A stretch of DNA of 64,000 bases from an uncultured Acidimicrobiales bacterium (GTDB lineage Bacteria; Actinomycetota; Acidimicrobiia; Acidimicrobiales; SZUA-35). Shown here one piece after another: positions 8,255-16,807 of this stretch. The notes beneath the pieces are model-generated. The model made no database searches. It was not told where the DNA came from and saw nothing but the letters and a program-made list of their open reading frames with translations. Location: NCBI GenBank assembly GCA_937997485.1, contig CALKTH010000016.1, forward strand, positions 3,669 through 67,668, written 5' to 3'. A program made the translations under genes and the position numbers. How positions within the stretch are numbered: position 1 is the first letter of the stretch; each line of letters begins with the position of its first letter.

Positions 8255-9433
8255 TCATCGGAGAACGATGTTCGTCCAGCGCTCGGTCCAGTCGAGACGG
8301 CCGGCCTCGATGTCCGCTGGGTCCATCGTGATGGGATTGGCCGTCAGCGGGCCGAACTCCACGAACTCGGGCGGCAGGGCCACCGTCTCATTCGCCGGGT
8401 AGACGAACATGTTCAGCGGGATGTCCGCCTGGAACGTCTCCGAGAGCATGAAGTCGATCAGCTGACCGGCCTCGGCGGGGTGTTCGGTACCAGCGAGAAT
8501 GCCGGCGAACTCGATCTGACGGAAGCAGGAATCCTCGAGCACACCGGTCGGCGGAGCATCCACAGGTGGGTCGGCGAAGATCTTCTCGGCCGGAGGCGAG
8601 GACGCATAGGAGGTCACAAGTGCTCGCTCACCGCCACCGGCAATGAACTCTCCGTAGTAGGCCTCGCTCCAGCCTGAGGTCACCGACATGCCCCCGTCCA
8701 CCAGCTGCTGCCAGTAGTCCTCCCAGCCGTCTTCGCCGTAGCGAACGATGGTGGCCAGCAAGAAGGCGAAGCCCGGCGACGAGGACTCGGGGTTCTCCGT
8801 CACGAAGCTGGCCGCGTTGGCCGGATCAATCAGATCGTCAAGCGACGTCGGCGCATCACCAGGGAGGGCGTCGGTCCAGTAGTTCACACAAACATCACTG
8901 ACGTCGATCGGGGTGACCCGATACTCGGGGTCAAGCTCCAGCTCGTCCGGAACATCAGACAGCGCCGCTGACTGATGGGGAACGAAGAGATCAGCGTCGA
9001 GACCTCGTTGGAGAAAGGTGTTGTCGATGCCGAACATGACGTCGCCCTCGGGCTGCCCAGCGCTGAGCACGGCTCGAGAAACGACCTCGCCGGCATCACC
9101 GGCCGAGAGCAACTCGACGGATATGCCAGTCTCGTCGGTGAAGGTCTGCAAGATGCCCTCGGACACGGCGAAGGAGTCGTGCGTCACGAGCGTGATGGTG
9201 ACCGCTTCGGTCTCCTCCATCGCCTCCTCTTCCACTGTGTCCTCGCCGTCGGCATCAGCGGGCTCCGGCTCTTCGGCTTCGGATTCGGTCTCGGCTGCTG
9301 TGTCGGTCGACGTGTCGCCCTCGGATGAGGAGCTCGCATCGTCGCTGCCGCAGGCGGCTGCCACGAGAGCAAGCGCCATCAGCGTGAGCAAGAAGCGTCG
9401 CATCGAAGACGGAACGGTCGGGTGGTTGAACAT
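8255..9433 (-). CDS. ABC importer substrate-binding lipoprotein, putative thiamine/TPP-related substrate
   Basis: Signal peptide plus lipobox (LVAAAC), then an acidic low-complexity linker and a ThiB/FbpA-like class II SBP body. The start ATG 9433 is preceded by GGGAG that forms the 3' end of the TPP riboswitch. Confidence 0.85.
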   Translation of the reverse strand: MFNHPTVPSSMRRFLLTLMALALVAAACGSDDASSSSEGDTSTDTAAETESEAEEPEPADADGEDTVEEEAMEETEAVTITLVTHDSFAVSEGILQTFTDETGISVELLSAGDAGEVVSRAVLSAGQPEGDVMFGIDNTFLQRGLDADLFVPHQSAALSDVPDELELDPEYRVTPIDVSDVCVNYWTDALPGDAPTSLDDLIDPANAASFVTENPESSSPGFAFLLATIVRYGEDGWEDYWQQLVDGGMSVTSGWSEAYYGEFIAGGGERALVTSYASSPPAEKIFADPPVDAPPTGVLEDSCFRQIEFAGILAGTEHPAEAGQLIDFMLSETFQADIPLNMFVYPANETVALPPEFVEFGPLTANPITMDPADIEAGRLDWTERWTNIVLR

Positions 9434-9437
9434 GTGT

Positions 9438-9540
9438 GGCTCCCTTGCGCTGGTATTACCCAGATCAGGTTCTCGGGTCGGCAGCGGTGCCCTCGCTGAT
9501 GCGAGTTGCAACTGCCCTCTCAGCCCGATCCCTCGAGCTC
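9438..9540 (-). promoter_or_regulatory. TPP (THI-box) riboswitch
   Basis: The minus strand reads ...GGGCUGAGAGGG...(variable stem)...GACCCGAGAACCUGAUCUGGGUAAUACCAGCGCAAGGGAGCC-ACAC-AUG. This matches the conserved CUGAGA, ACCC, GAACCUGAUCUGG.UAAUACCAGCG and AGGGA blocks of the THI element. The SD lies inside the 3' strand. Confidence 0.85.
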
Positions 9541-9593
9541 CCCGGTTTGGATGTTGTTCCCGAAGGTTAGCGCTCGCTTGGCAAGATGGGCTG

Positions 9594-10052
9594 ATGACTC
9601 CGGCCACCACGCAGCTCGAGGCACTCGGCATTGCTCACCGCACGTTGAGTTACGAGCACGACCCGGCGGCCGAGAGCTACGGCAATGAGGCAGCTGCAGT
9701 GCTGGACATCGACAGCGAAGCAGTCTTCAAGACCCTGGTGGCCAAAGTGGATGGTCAACTCGCCGTGGCGTGCGTTCCCGTTTCCGGCCGTCTCGACCTC
9801 AAGGCACTCGCCCGCGCTGCCGGCGCCAAGAAAGCCGTAATGGCTGACCCGATGCTGGCGGAACGAACGACCGGCTACGTCGTTGGCGGCATTTCTCCAC
9901 TGGGCCAGCGCAAGCGTCTGCCCACGTTCATCGATGAGATCTGCGAGGCGCTCGACCTCATGTATGTGAGCGGTGGGCGGCGAGGGCTCGAAATCGAGCT
10001 GGCGCCAAAGGACCTGATTGCCGCCCTCGACGCCACGACGTTCGAGAACTGA
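9594..10052 (+). CDS. ybaK: Cys-tRNA(Pro)/Cys-tRNA(Cys) deacylase YbaK
   Basis: 152 aa from MTPATTQLEALGI. The sequence is YbaK-like throughout (VFKTLV...AVACVPVSGRLDLKALA, GYVVGGISPLGQRK). The long upstream extension of ORF 9018..10052 is antisense to the SBP gene. Confidence 0.88.
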   Translation: MTPATTQLEALGIAHRTLSYEHDPAAESYGNEAAAVLDIDSEAVFKTLVAKVDGQLAVACVPVSGRLDLKALARAAGAKKAVMADPMLAERTTGYVVGGISPLGQRKRLPTFIDEICEALDLMYVSGGRRGLEIELAPKDLIAALDATTFEN

Positions 10053-10068
10053 GCGAACTGAACCCGCC

Positions 10069-10500
10069 TCAGTCGTCCTGTGGCAGTGGAGGCATCTCAC
10101 GGAGCGATCGCAGGATGAGCCCGACACCGGCGGCAAAGCTCACGATCATGATCAGCAGGTGCGAGAGCTTCAGGTTGAACCAGAAGTTCATCTTGCTCAG
10201 GATCTCGATAGCGATCAGTGCGAAACCGATGACCAGGAGCACCCAGGGCCAGCGCGCCCTGGCATTGGCGAACAGGCCAACAACGGCAACGAACAGCGGC
10301 AAGAAGATCACGCCAACGGAACCAGTACCGCCGAACCCGCCAAAGCCCCGGCTGATCACGCCGTAGCCGTCGGAGGTGACTCTCACCGAGTCAACAAAGA
10401 AGTAGGCGGACGCCAACGCGAGTGCCATCCCGCCGAAGAAGGTGCCGATTCCGCCCCGGGTGCCGCCGACGGGCGTTTCACCTATTTTGTCCAGGTCCAT
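10069..10500 (-). CDS. hypothetical membrane protein (about 4 TM, Gly-rich loop)
   Basis: Hydrophobic segments GTFFGGMALALASAYFF, VIFLPLFVAVVGLF, WVLLVIGFALIAIEIL, LLIMIVSFAAGVGLIL. Start guessed at MDLDK. Confidence 0.5.
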   Translation of the reverse strand: MDLDKIGETPVGGTRGGIGTFFGGMALALASAYFFVDSVRVTSDGYGVISRGFGGFGGTGSVGVIFLPLFVAVVGLFANARARWPWVLLVIGFALIAIEILSKMNFWFNLKLSHLLIMIVSFAAGVGLILRSLREMPPLPQDD

Positions 10501-10756
10501 GACCGCAAGATAGGTGCTCCTGCTCAGCGGACTCGGGACCTTGACTGCGGAACAGACGACTTGAGAGGGCAATCCAACCCGGATGGCTGCTTCGCCCTAG
10601 CGCGCATCAACTGCGCTTTCTACCCTCGTCTGTCACGGCCGATTTCCGGCCGAGCGTGATCGAAAGAGCGTCACCCTTGTCGGGTTCTCTCACCATCGAA
10701 CTGCATGCCGCTGTCTTCGTTGCCACTTTCGCTGGCACAGTCCAAGGCGCGCGCTG

Positions 10757-11938
10757 ATGGAGCTCACTCGCCTGATCCTCGAGCCGACCCCGGACTACGC
10801 CGACCGTCTCGATGTCGTGTTCGACCGAGCGGTTGCCGTCATTGACGCTGCGCCCCGAGATTTGCTCCGAATCCGAACAGCGATCGAGTCGCTCTTCGCT
10901 GGCCGACTGGACTTCGGCTCAGCCCGCATGCACATCAACGGCAGCGACGTTCAGGTGAACCGCGAACTCGCTCGTCACCTCGGTCTCCGACTCGGGCACG
11001 ACTATCCCGTCGTGGAAGCGGCGTCACTCACCACGGGCGGCGTTGAGAGCACGGACATCGCAGGCACGATCGCACTGCGCGCTGCCCTTGAGCTCGAGGG
11101 CGCCGTCTCCGGACAGCTCGGGCCTCGCGACATCGACATGGCGTTGCAAACCATCGTTGCCGAGCGCGAACTCATGGCCAGCAATCTCCGCATCGAGATC
11201 TCCGAGGCGCTCCGTGCTCGTGACGAAGCGTCGGAGAACCTGCAGAAGATCTCGCACTGGAAGGGCAACATTCTTGCCGCTCACCGCGAGACCGAGGAAG
11301 CTCGCGAGGCAGCGACCCAACGTCTCACCGGCGCCCTCTCACTCCGACGACTCGCTCGGGCCAAGGCGGCCGAAGCCGAAGTGCTCCGCAAGGGCAACTT
11401 CAGCGACTACAACGACTTCCTGGGGTACAGCGAGCGTTCCGAGTCGACCTATCGCAAGCAGTTCAATCAGGCCAGCGCCGAACACGACGACGCCGCGCAA
11501 CGCTTACTCGAGTTAGAAGCACAGCGGAGCTTGGAGCCCCGAGCGAAGCAGCTGGCTGCACAGGAGTACGCCCTTCGTGTGCGCTCCACATCACAACGAC
11601 TCGACGGGTACGACTCCATGGAGAACGCCCTGCGAGTCATGCTCGGCCTCGGACTGGGCGGAGCCGTATCGCACGACCCCATTCCGGATGCCACCGCGTG
11701 GCTGCACGCGCTGGAGGGAGAGTCGCCGAGTGAGCAGATGGCAGCTCACATCGCCCATCACCAAACGGTTGTACCGGTCGTCGGAACCGTGCCGCTCGTC
11801 ATCGACGGAGCTTTCGCCAAGCTCGACGCAGGGCCTCGCCAAGACACTCTGGCCACGCTCGAAGAAGCGTTCGGCACCACCCAGCTCATCTTCCTCGGCC
11901 CAGACGTCGACACCGAAAAGTGGGCTCTCGCCCGCTGA
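10757..11938 (+). CDS. hypothetical coiled-coil protein with degenerate ABC/SMC-like C-terminal segment
   Basis: 393 aa with a long Ala/Glu/Arg-rich helical centre. The C-terminal VPLVIDGAFAKLDAGPRQ...QLIFLG resembles a Walker B/D-loop, but no Walker A is present. Confidence 0.55.
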   Translation: MELTRLILEPTPDYADRLDVVFDRAVAVIDAAPRDLLRIRTAIESLFAGRLDFGSARMHINGSDVQVNRELARHLGLRLGHDYPVVEAASLTTGGVESTDIAGTIALRAALELEGAVSGQLGPRDIDMALQTIVAERELMASNLRIEISEALRARDEASENLQKISHWKGNILAAHRETEEAREAATQRLTGALSLRRLARAKAAEAEVLRKGNFSDYNDFLGYSERSESTYRKQFNQASAEHDDAAQRLLELEAQRSLEPRAKQLAAQEYALRVRSTSQRLDGYDSMENALRVMLGLGLGGAVSHDPIPDATAWLHALEGESPSEQMAAHIAHHQTVVPVVGTVPLVIDGAFAKLDAGPRQDTLATLEEAFGTTQLIFLGPDVDTEKWALAR

Positions 11939-11944
11939 GTTCGC

Positions 11945-13309
11945 TCAGGCCTTGCGGACAGTTGCCCCATCCGCCGAGTCTTCGATGACCCAGCCATCGG
12001 CGGTCAGCTGATCCCGAATCTCGTCGGCTCGGGCAAAGTCTTTGCCCTTCTTCGCTTCGGTCCGCTCGGCAACAAGCGCCAGAATCTCCGCCGGCACGTC
12101 GTCGCCTCCGCCGATCTCCAACCGGAGGCCGAACGCCTCGCAAATGGCGCGCACGTTGGCACCGATCACGGCGGCCTCAGCTTCGTTCCCGGAATCGAGC
12201 AGCGTGTTTCCCTCACGTACCTGACGGAAAAGAATGTCGACGCCACCCGGCGTGTCGAAGTCGTTGTCCATGACGTCCCGGAACTGCTTGATCAACTCGG
12301 CGTCGGGAGAGACGCCTTCAACGAGTTCTTCGGTGCGGCGTGCGAACGTATCGAGCCGTCCAAGAGCGACACCTCGCTCAACCATCGTCGTGTCTGTCAC
12401 TTCGATCGGAGACCGGTAGTGGCTTTGGAGCACGAGCAATCGGTAGGCGCGAGGGTCGTACTGCTCGGCAAGATCGAGCAGGTTCTTCACGTTGCCCAAC
12501 GACTTGGACATCTTCTCCCCACCCATCTCGACAAAGCCGTTGTGCATCCAGTGGGTGCAGAACGTCTTGCCGTCGGCGATGGCCTGGGCCCGCTCGTTCT
12601 CGTGATGAGGGAAGGTGAGATCGAGTCCACCAGAGTGGATGTCGAACCCCTCACCCAAGAGATCCAAGCTCATCACGACACACTCGGTGTGCCACCCGGG
12701 ACGACCGGCACCCCACGGCGACGGCCACTCGGGCTCGCCCGGCTTGGCCAGCTTCCAAAGCGCGAAGTCGCCTGGATGCTGCTTCTCGTTGCCGACAATG
12801 GCGCGGTCGCCGCCGCCTTCGATCAGCTGATCGAGCGACTGGTGGGCGAGGAGCCCGTAACCGGGAACCTGCTCGACGGAGAGATACACGCCGTCGGACG
12901 TGGCGTACGCCTTGCCCTCATCAACCAGTCGGGCGATGAGCACCACCATTTGCTCCACGTACTCGGTGGCGCGGGGTGTGTGGTCGGGCCGGCGGACATC
13001 AATCATGTCCATCGCCTTCCACCAGATGTTCTCGCACTTCACCGCGATCTCTGCCGGGTCACGACCTTCGGCCGCGCCGCGGTCGATGATCGAGTCATCG
13101 ATGTCGGTGATGTTGGACACGAAGGTGACGTCGAGTCCGGTCCACTCGAGGTACCGACGAACAACGTCGAACACGAGGACCATCCGGCCGTGGCCGATAT
13201 GAGGAGGGGCGTAGACCGTGGGCCCACAGACGTACATGGACACTTTGCCTGGGTCCCGCAGTTCGAGCGGGACCACCTTCTGTTGCGCGGTGTCGTACAG
13301 CCTGATCAT
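11945..13309 (-). CDS. cysS: cysteine--tRNA ligase
   Basis: MYVCGPTVYAPPHIGHGR (HIGH) and KMSKSLGN (KMSKS). Start taken at MIRLYDT. Confidence 0.95.
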   Translation of the reverse strand: MIRLYDTAQQKVVPLELRDPGKVSMYVCGPTVYAPPHIGHGRMVLVFDVVRRYLEWTGLDVTFVSNITDIDDSIIDRGAAEGRDPAEIAVKCENIWWKAMDMIDVRRPDHTPRATEYVEQMVVLIARLVDEGKAYATSDGVYLSVEQVPGYGLLAHQSLDQLIEGGGDRAIVGNEKQHPGDFALWKLAKPGEPEWPSPWGAGRPGWHTECVVMSLDLLGEGFDIHSGGLDLTFPHHENERAQAIADGKTFCTHWMHNGFVEMGGEKMSKSLGNVKNLLDLAEQYDPRAYRLLVLQSHYRSPIEVTDTTMVERGVALGRLDTFARRTEELVEGVSPDAELIKQFRDVMDNDFDTPGGVDILFRQVREGNTLLDSGNEAEAAVIGANVRAICEAFGLRLEIGGGDDVPAEILALVAERTEAKKGKDFARADEIRDQLTADGWVIEDSADGATVRKA

Positions 13310-13375
13310 GGGCGACAGGGTAGGAGCAAGGCGGCACTGGCGAGGCATGATTTCGCATCGCTCCTGCGGAGCAGC

Positions 13376-14020
13376 TCAGCGAAGAAGTGGGTCGTCCTCG
13401 GCGCCGATCGCAGGCGGGATCATCCGCTCGCCTGGCTTCCAGCGGCGCTTGTCGTGCTCGCCCGTCCGGCTTGCTGCCGCCACGGCAAGACCAGCGCCAC
13501 CGACGAGGAGCAAACCGATCGTCAGCGGCACGAGAAGCCAGTTCAGGTCGAGCGTCGTGGCGTTGAGCGAGCTCACGAGCACCGCCAGAACGACCGATGC
13601 GAAGCCAAGCACCCCGAGCCCCGCAAGTTCGTTGGCCACCACGGTGTCGCTGACCCGCCCAAAACGGCGAGTGGCAAAGGTCAGCTGCAGGCAGCTCAAG
13701 AACCCAAGGAAGAAGACTCCGGCAACCGCCCAACCCACTGGCGACTGATCGGTTGCGGACTCGAGCATCAGGGCGATGGGGAGCATCAGGTAGGCCGTGG
13801 CGAGCACGGCCGCGAAGTGACTGCCGCTCGAGATCGCCATGAACGTGAGCGCAAGGCCAATCACCAGGATCACCAGAGATCCGGCCAGCCCAATGAAAGG
13901 AAGGCCGCCCATGCAGACAAGCGTCGTGGCCGCCAGTGCAAGGGCGGCGGGTGGGGTGACGAGAAGATCACGGGTACGCATCTCTTTCTCGCCCGGGTTC
14001 TGGGAATGCGGCTCACTCAT
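13376..14020 (-). CDS. hypothetical polytopic membrane protein, last gene of the MoxR operon
   Basis: Six or so hydrophobic spans. The start ATG overlaps the DUF58 stop (ATGA at 14020..14017). Confidence 0.6.
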   Translation of the reverse strand: MSEPHSQNPGEKEMRTRDLLVTPPAALALAATTLVCMGGLPFIGLAGSLVILVIGLALTFMAISSGSHFAAVLATAYLMLPIALMLESATDQSPVGWAVAGVFFLGFLSCLQLTFATRRFGRVSDTVVANELAGLGVLGFASVVLAVLVSSLNATTLDLNWLLVPLTIGLLLVGGAGLAVAAASRTGEHDKRRWKPGERMIPPAIGAEDDPLLR

Positions 14021-15267
14021 CGGCCAGCTCGCATTCGTCCCATACCGGCAGCAACACGCCGGATCGCCGGTTCCAGAGGCTCGGCCGGGTCCCACGGGAC
14101 CACGAAGATGCCGACGTCGGCGAGTTCCCGCCGCTTGATCTCGTTCTGAACTCGGAAGATCCGCTGTGCCTTGTAGGAGACGTCAGCCGGAGGAAGCGCG
14201 TCCGGCCGGATGACAACGACCTCGTGGCCGCGGCGGCGAAGAGTGGCGAGATCGTTGCGGACGACAACGGAGAGCAGCGGGCTCACGGCGAAGATCGTGG
14301 CGCCGGCCGGAATGGCGCCGAATGAGATGGCGGGCAGACGACCAGCGGTGGGAAGGACGGTGGTAGCGAGCAGCGCATCAACGATGGTGTGAAGCGATCG
14401 TCGGCCGAGTGATGGCTCGAGCCAACGAACACCGGCTCCTCGATCCAGAATTCCCACCCGGTCCATCGAGCGCAGATGCCGCTTTGCGAGGGCCGTCGAG
14501 GCCGTCACCGTCCAGCGGAGCGTCGTCTCGATGTCTTCGCCAATGTCTTGCACCGAGTCCACGTAGATGACCACGTCGGAGGACTCTTCGACATGGCGCT
14601 CGGTCACCATCGGCATGCCTCGACGAGCGGAGAGACGAGGGTGCACCGATCGCAACGGGTCACCGGGCCGGAACGGCCGCACCTCCGCAAGTTCGGTACC
14701 GGAGCCTCGGCGGCGGCTTCGATGGTCGCCCACTGCGGGATTCGTTCGAGCCAGTGGAGCCATCCGGATGAGCCGCTCGGTGTGGGGGTGAACCCGAATG
14801 GGCGTGGGGAGAAGTACGTGTTGCACGACTTCGGTCATCCCGAAGCGATCACGAGTCACGACGGTGAGCCAGTCTGGGCGAGCCACACCCCAGCGGACCA
14901 AGCGGAGCGAAAACGTCTCGGTGTGACGACCAGCGGTAGTGAACGACGTCACTCGGTGCAGCGAGTCGGTGCTCTCCATTGCGGCTGAGACCTGGAGTTC
15001 GAGGTCGACGTACGGCGTCCGGGCGGGAACGTCGAGTTCGACGACGAGTTTGACGATGTCTCCCTCTACCGCCCGAACGGTGGACGGTTCGGCGCTGTTC
15101 ACCGTGACAGAAGGCCACCACTCCTCGGCCATGGAGAGGAGCAACGCCAGAAGGAACGGGAGTCCAAAGGCCAGCACGGCCGGTTCCCCAAGCGCGACGC
15201 CGCCGACGAGACCACACGAGGCCGTGGTCACGCAGAGCCAGAATCGATAGGTGAGGTGCCTGCTCAC
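14017..15267 (-). CDS. DUF58 (vWA-like) domain protein
   Basis: Two N-terminal TM segments, then RPFRPGDPLRSVHPRLSARRGMPMV...VVIYVD, the characteristic DUF58 core. ATGA overlap with moxR. Confidence 0.85.
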   Translation of the reverse strand: MSRHLTYRFWLCVTTASCGLVGGVALGEPAVLAFGLPFLLALLLSMAEEWWPSVTVNSAEPSTVRAVEGDIVKLVVELDVPARTPYVDLELQVSAAMESTDSLHRVTSFTTAGRHTETFSLRLVRWGVARPDWLTVVTRDRFGMTEVVQHVLLPTPIRVHPHTERLIRMAPLARTNPAVGDHRSRRRGSGTELAEVRPFRPGDPLRSVHPRLSARRGMPMVTERHVEESSDVVIYVDSVQDIGEDIETTLRWTVTASTALAKRHLRSMDRVGILDRGAGVRWLEPSLGRRSLHTIVDALLATTVLPTAGRLPAISFGAIPAGATIFAVSPLLSVVVRNDLATLRRRGHEVVVIRPDALPPADVSYKAQRIFRVQNEIKRRELADVGIFVVPWDPAEPLEPAIRRVAAGMGRMRAGR

Positions 15268-16391
15268 TGCCCCGTTGGTGGAGCAGGCTGCATGGAGGCC
15301 GGGTGCTGAGCGGCCGCCTGGGGAGCCGCCGGTTGCGAGAGACCGTTCGCCCCCTGGGGCGTTGCTGTTCCGTGGGCGATTGTCGCCGGCTGAGCGAGGC
15401 CCGGTTGTGGCGCTGCGGGTTGTTCGACGTTGGCCTCGTTGTCATCCAACGCGACCGGGGCCGGAACTTCCTGCAGCACCTCGGCAACGACCTGCTCCGG
15501 CTTCACACCTCGCACCCACTGATCGGGCACGAGAATGATGCGGTGGGCAAGACACGGAATTGCCATCGCCTTGATGTCGTCCGGAAGCACCAGGGAGCGA
15601 CCGGACATTGCGGCCCGCGCTCGGCCCGCCTTGAGCAGCGCAAGCGAACCTCGAGGGCTGGCTCCCGTCTCGGTCCGTGGACTCGTGCGGGTGGCCTCGA
15701 CGAGGTTCACGACGTAGCGGGCGACGGGCTCGCTGATGTGCACCTCTTCCACTCGCTGCTGCAACTGCTGTACGCCAGCAGCATCGATCACCGGCGCCAG
15801 GCGGATTCGGTCCTTCTGCCGCTTCGCCCGGCGCAGCACAATGTCCACCTCGGCATCAACAGAGGGATAGCCGATGCCCGTGCGGATCAGGAAGCGATCG
15901 AGCTGTGCCTCCGGCAGCGGGTAGGTGCCTTCGGACTCGATGGGGTTCTGAGTGCCGATCACCATGAACGGTGACGGCAGTCGACGGGTTTGCCCGTCGA
16001 CGGTGACCTGCCGCTCCTCCATGGCTTCCAGAAGGGCGGATTGCGTCTTCGGGGGAGCACGATTGATCTCGTCACCAAGCACCAGGTTTGCGAACACGGG
16101 GCCGGGTACGAACTCGATCTCGTTGTTCGCCCCGAGCGTTGCGGCACCGGTGATGTCCGATGGAATCAGATCGGGCGTGAACTGGACTCGCGAGAAGTAC
16201 ATGCCGGCGCTTTCAGCCAGCGAGCGGGCGGTCACCGTCTTGGCGACACCGGGCACGTCTTCGAGCAGCACGTGGCCGTCCGCAAGCATCGCGGTGACGA
16301 TCAGTTCGAGAACGGGGCGCTTTCCGACGATGAGCTGTTCCATCTGGTCGACCATTTGCATCGCGGCCTGACGTACATCGGCGTGACTCAT
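15264..16391 (-). CDS. MoxR-family AAA+ ATPase
   Basis: HVLLEDVPGVAKT (Walker A variant typical of MoxR), LGDEINRAPPKTQSALLEAMEE (Walker B/sensor). The Pro/Gln/Ala-rich C-terminal tail is unusual. Confidence 0.95.
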   Translation of the reverse strand: MSHADVRQAAMQMVDQMEQLIVGKRPVLELIVTAMLADGHVLLEDVPGVAKTVTARSLAESAGMYFSRVQFTPDLIPSDITGAATLGANNEIEFVPGPVFANLVLGDEINRAPPKTQSALLEAMEERQVTVDGQTRRLPSPFMVIGTQNPIESEGTYPLPEAQLDRFLIRTGIGYPSVDAEVDIVLRRAKRQKDRIRLAPVIDAAGVQQLQQRVEEVHISEPVARYVVNLVEATRTSPRTETGASPRGSLALLKAGRARAAMSGRSLVLPDDIKAMAIPCLAHRIILVPDQWVRGVKPEQVVAEVLQEVPAPVALDDNEANVEQPAAPQPGLAQPATIAHGTATPQGANGLSQPAAPQAAAQHPASMQPAPPTGQ

Positions 16392-16807
16392 GAGTGGGCT
16401 CCTGGAGCTTGGCTGGGTGCGGCGAGAGGGCTCCCAGCGTCGAATGGGTTCAGAGAGGTTCGCTGCAGCGGTGTCAGCTCGAGATGGTTCTCGAGGGCAG
16501 CAAGGATGAAGTCGACTTCATCAGCGCAGGTTGGGCCGCAGCTCGTGTGCAACGGGAGCGCGACGTCGGCTGCGTTCTGACGAAGGAGATGAGCAACGTC
16601 GCACGGGCTCGTTTCGAGCTTGAGATCGATGTTGCGCAAGTCGAACGCCGTCTCGGTGAGTCCGTAGACAGGAGGTGGCGTGGCGTTGAGCGGGCCGGCG
16701 CTGACGGCGCCGGAGGAGATCCGACGGCTCACCATCACGACGCCAACGATCGCCACGATGATCGCCAGCAACACGAAGAAGCCGAAGTACTCGGCGAGGA
16801 AGGTCAT
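16388..16807 (-). CDS. small N-terminally anchored membrane protein with Cys-containing ectodomain
   Basis: MTFLAEYFGFFVLLAIIVAIVGVVMV is followed by a soluble part with 3 Cys. ATGA overlaps at both ends (16807/16804 and 16391/16388). Confidence 0.6.
   Translation of the reverse strand: MTFLAEYFGFFVLLAIIVAIVGVVMVSRRISSGAVSAGPLNATPPPVYGLTETAFDLRNIDLKLETSPCDVAHLLRQNAADVALPLHTSCGPTCADEVDFILAALENHLELTPLQRTSLNPFDAGSPLAAPSQAPGAHS

Noticed and set aside
9018-9593. N-terminal 190-aa extension of the ybaK ORF.
   Set aside because: It is antisense to the SBP gene and crosses the riboswitch, and it is Ser-rich low complexity. YbaK-like sequence starts only at ATG 9594.
12419-14149. 576-aa plus-strand ORF.
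   Set aside because: It is antisense to cysS and the downstream membrane gene, with no motifs. Shadow ORF.
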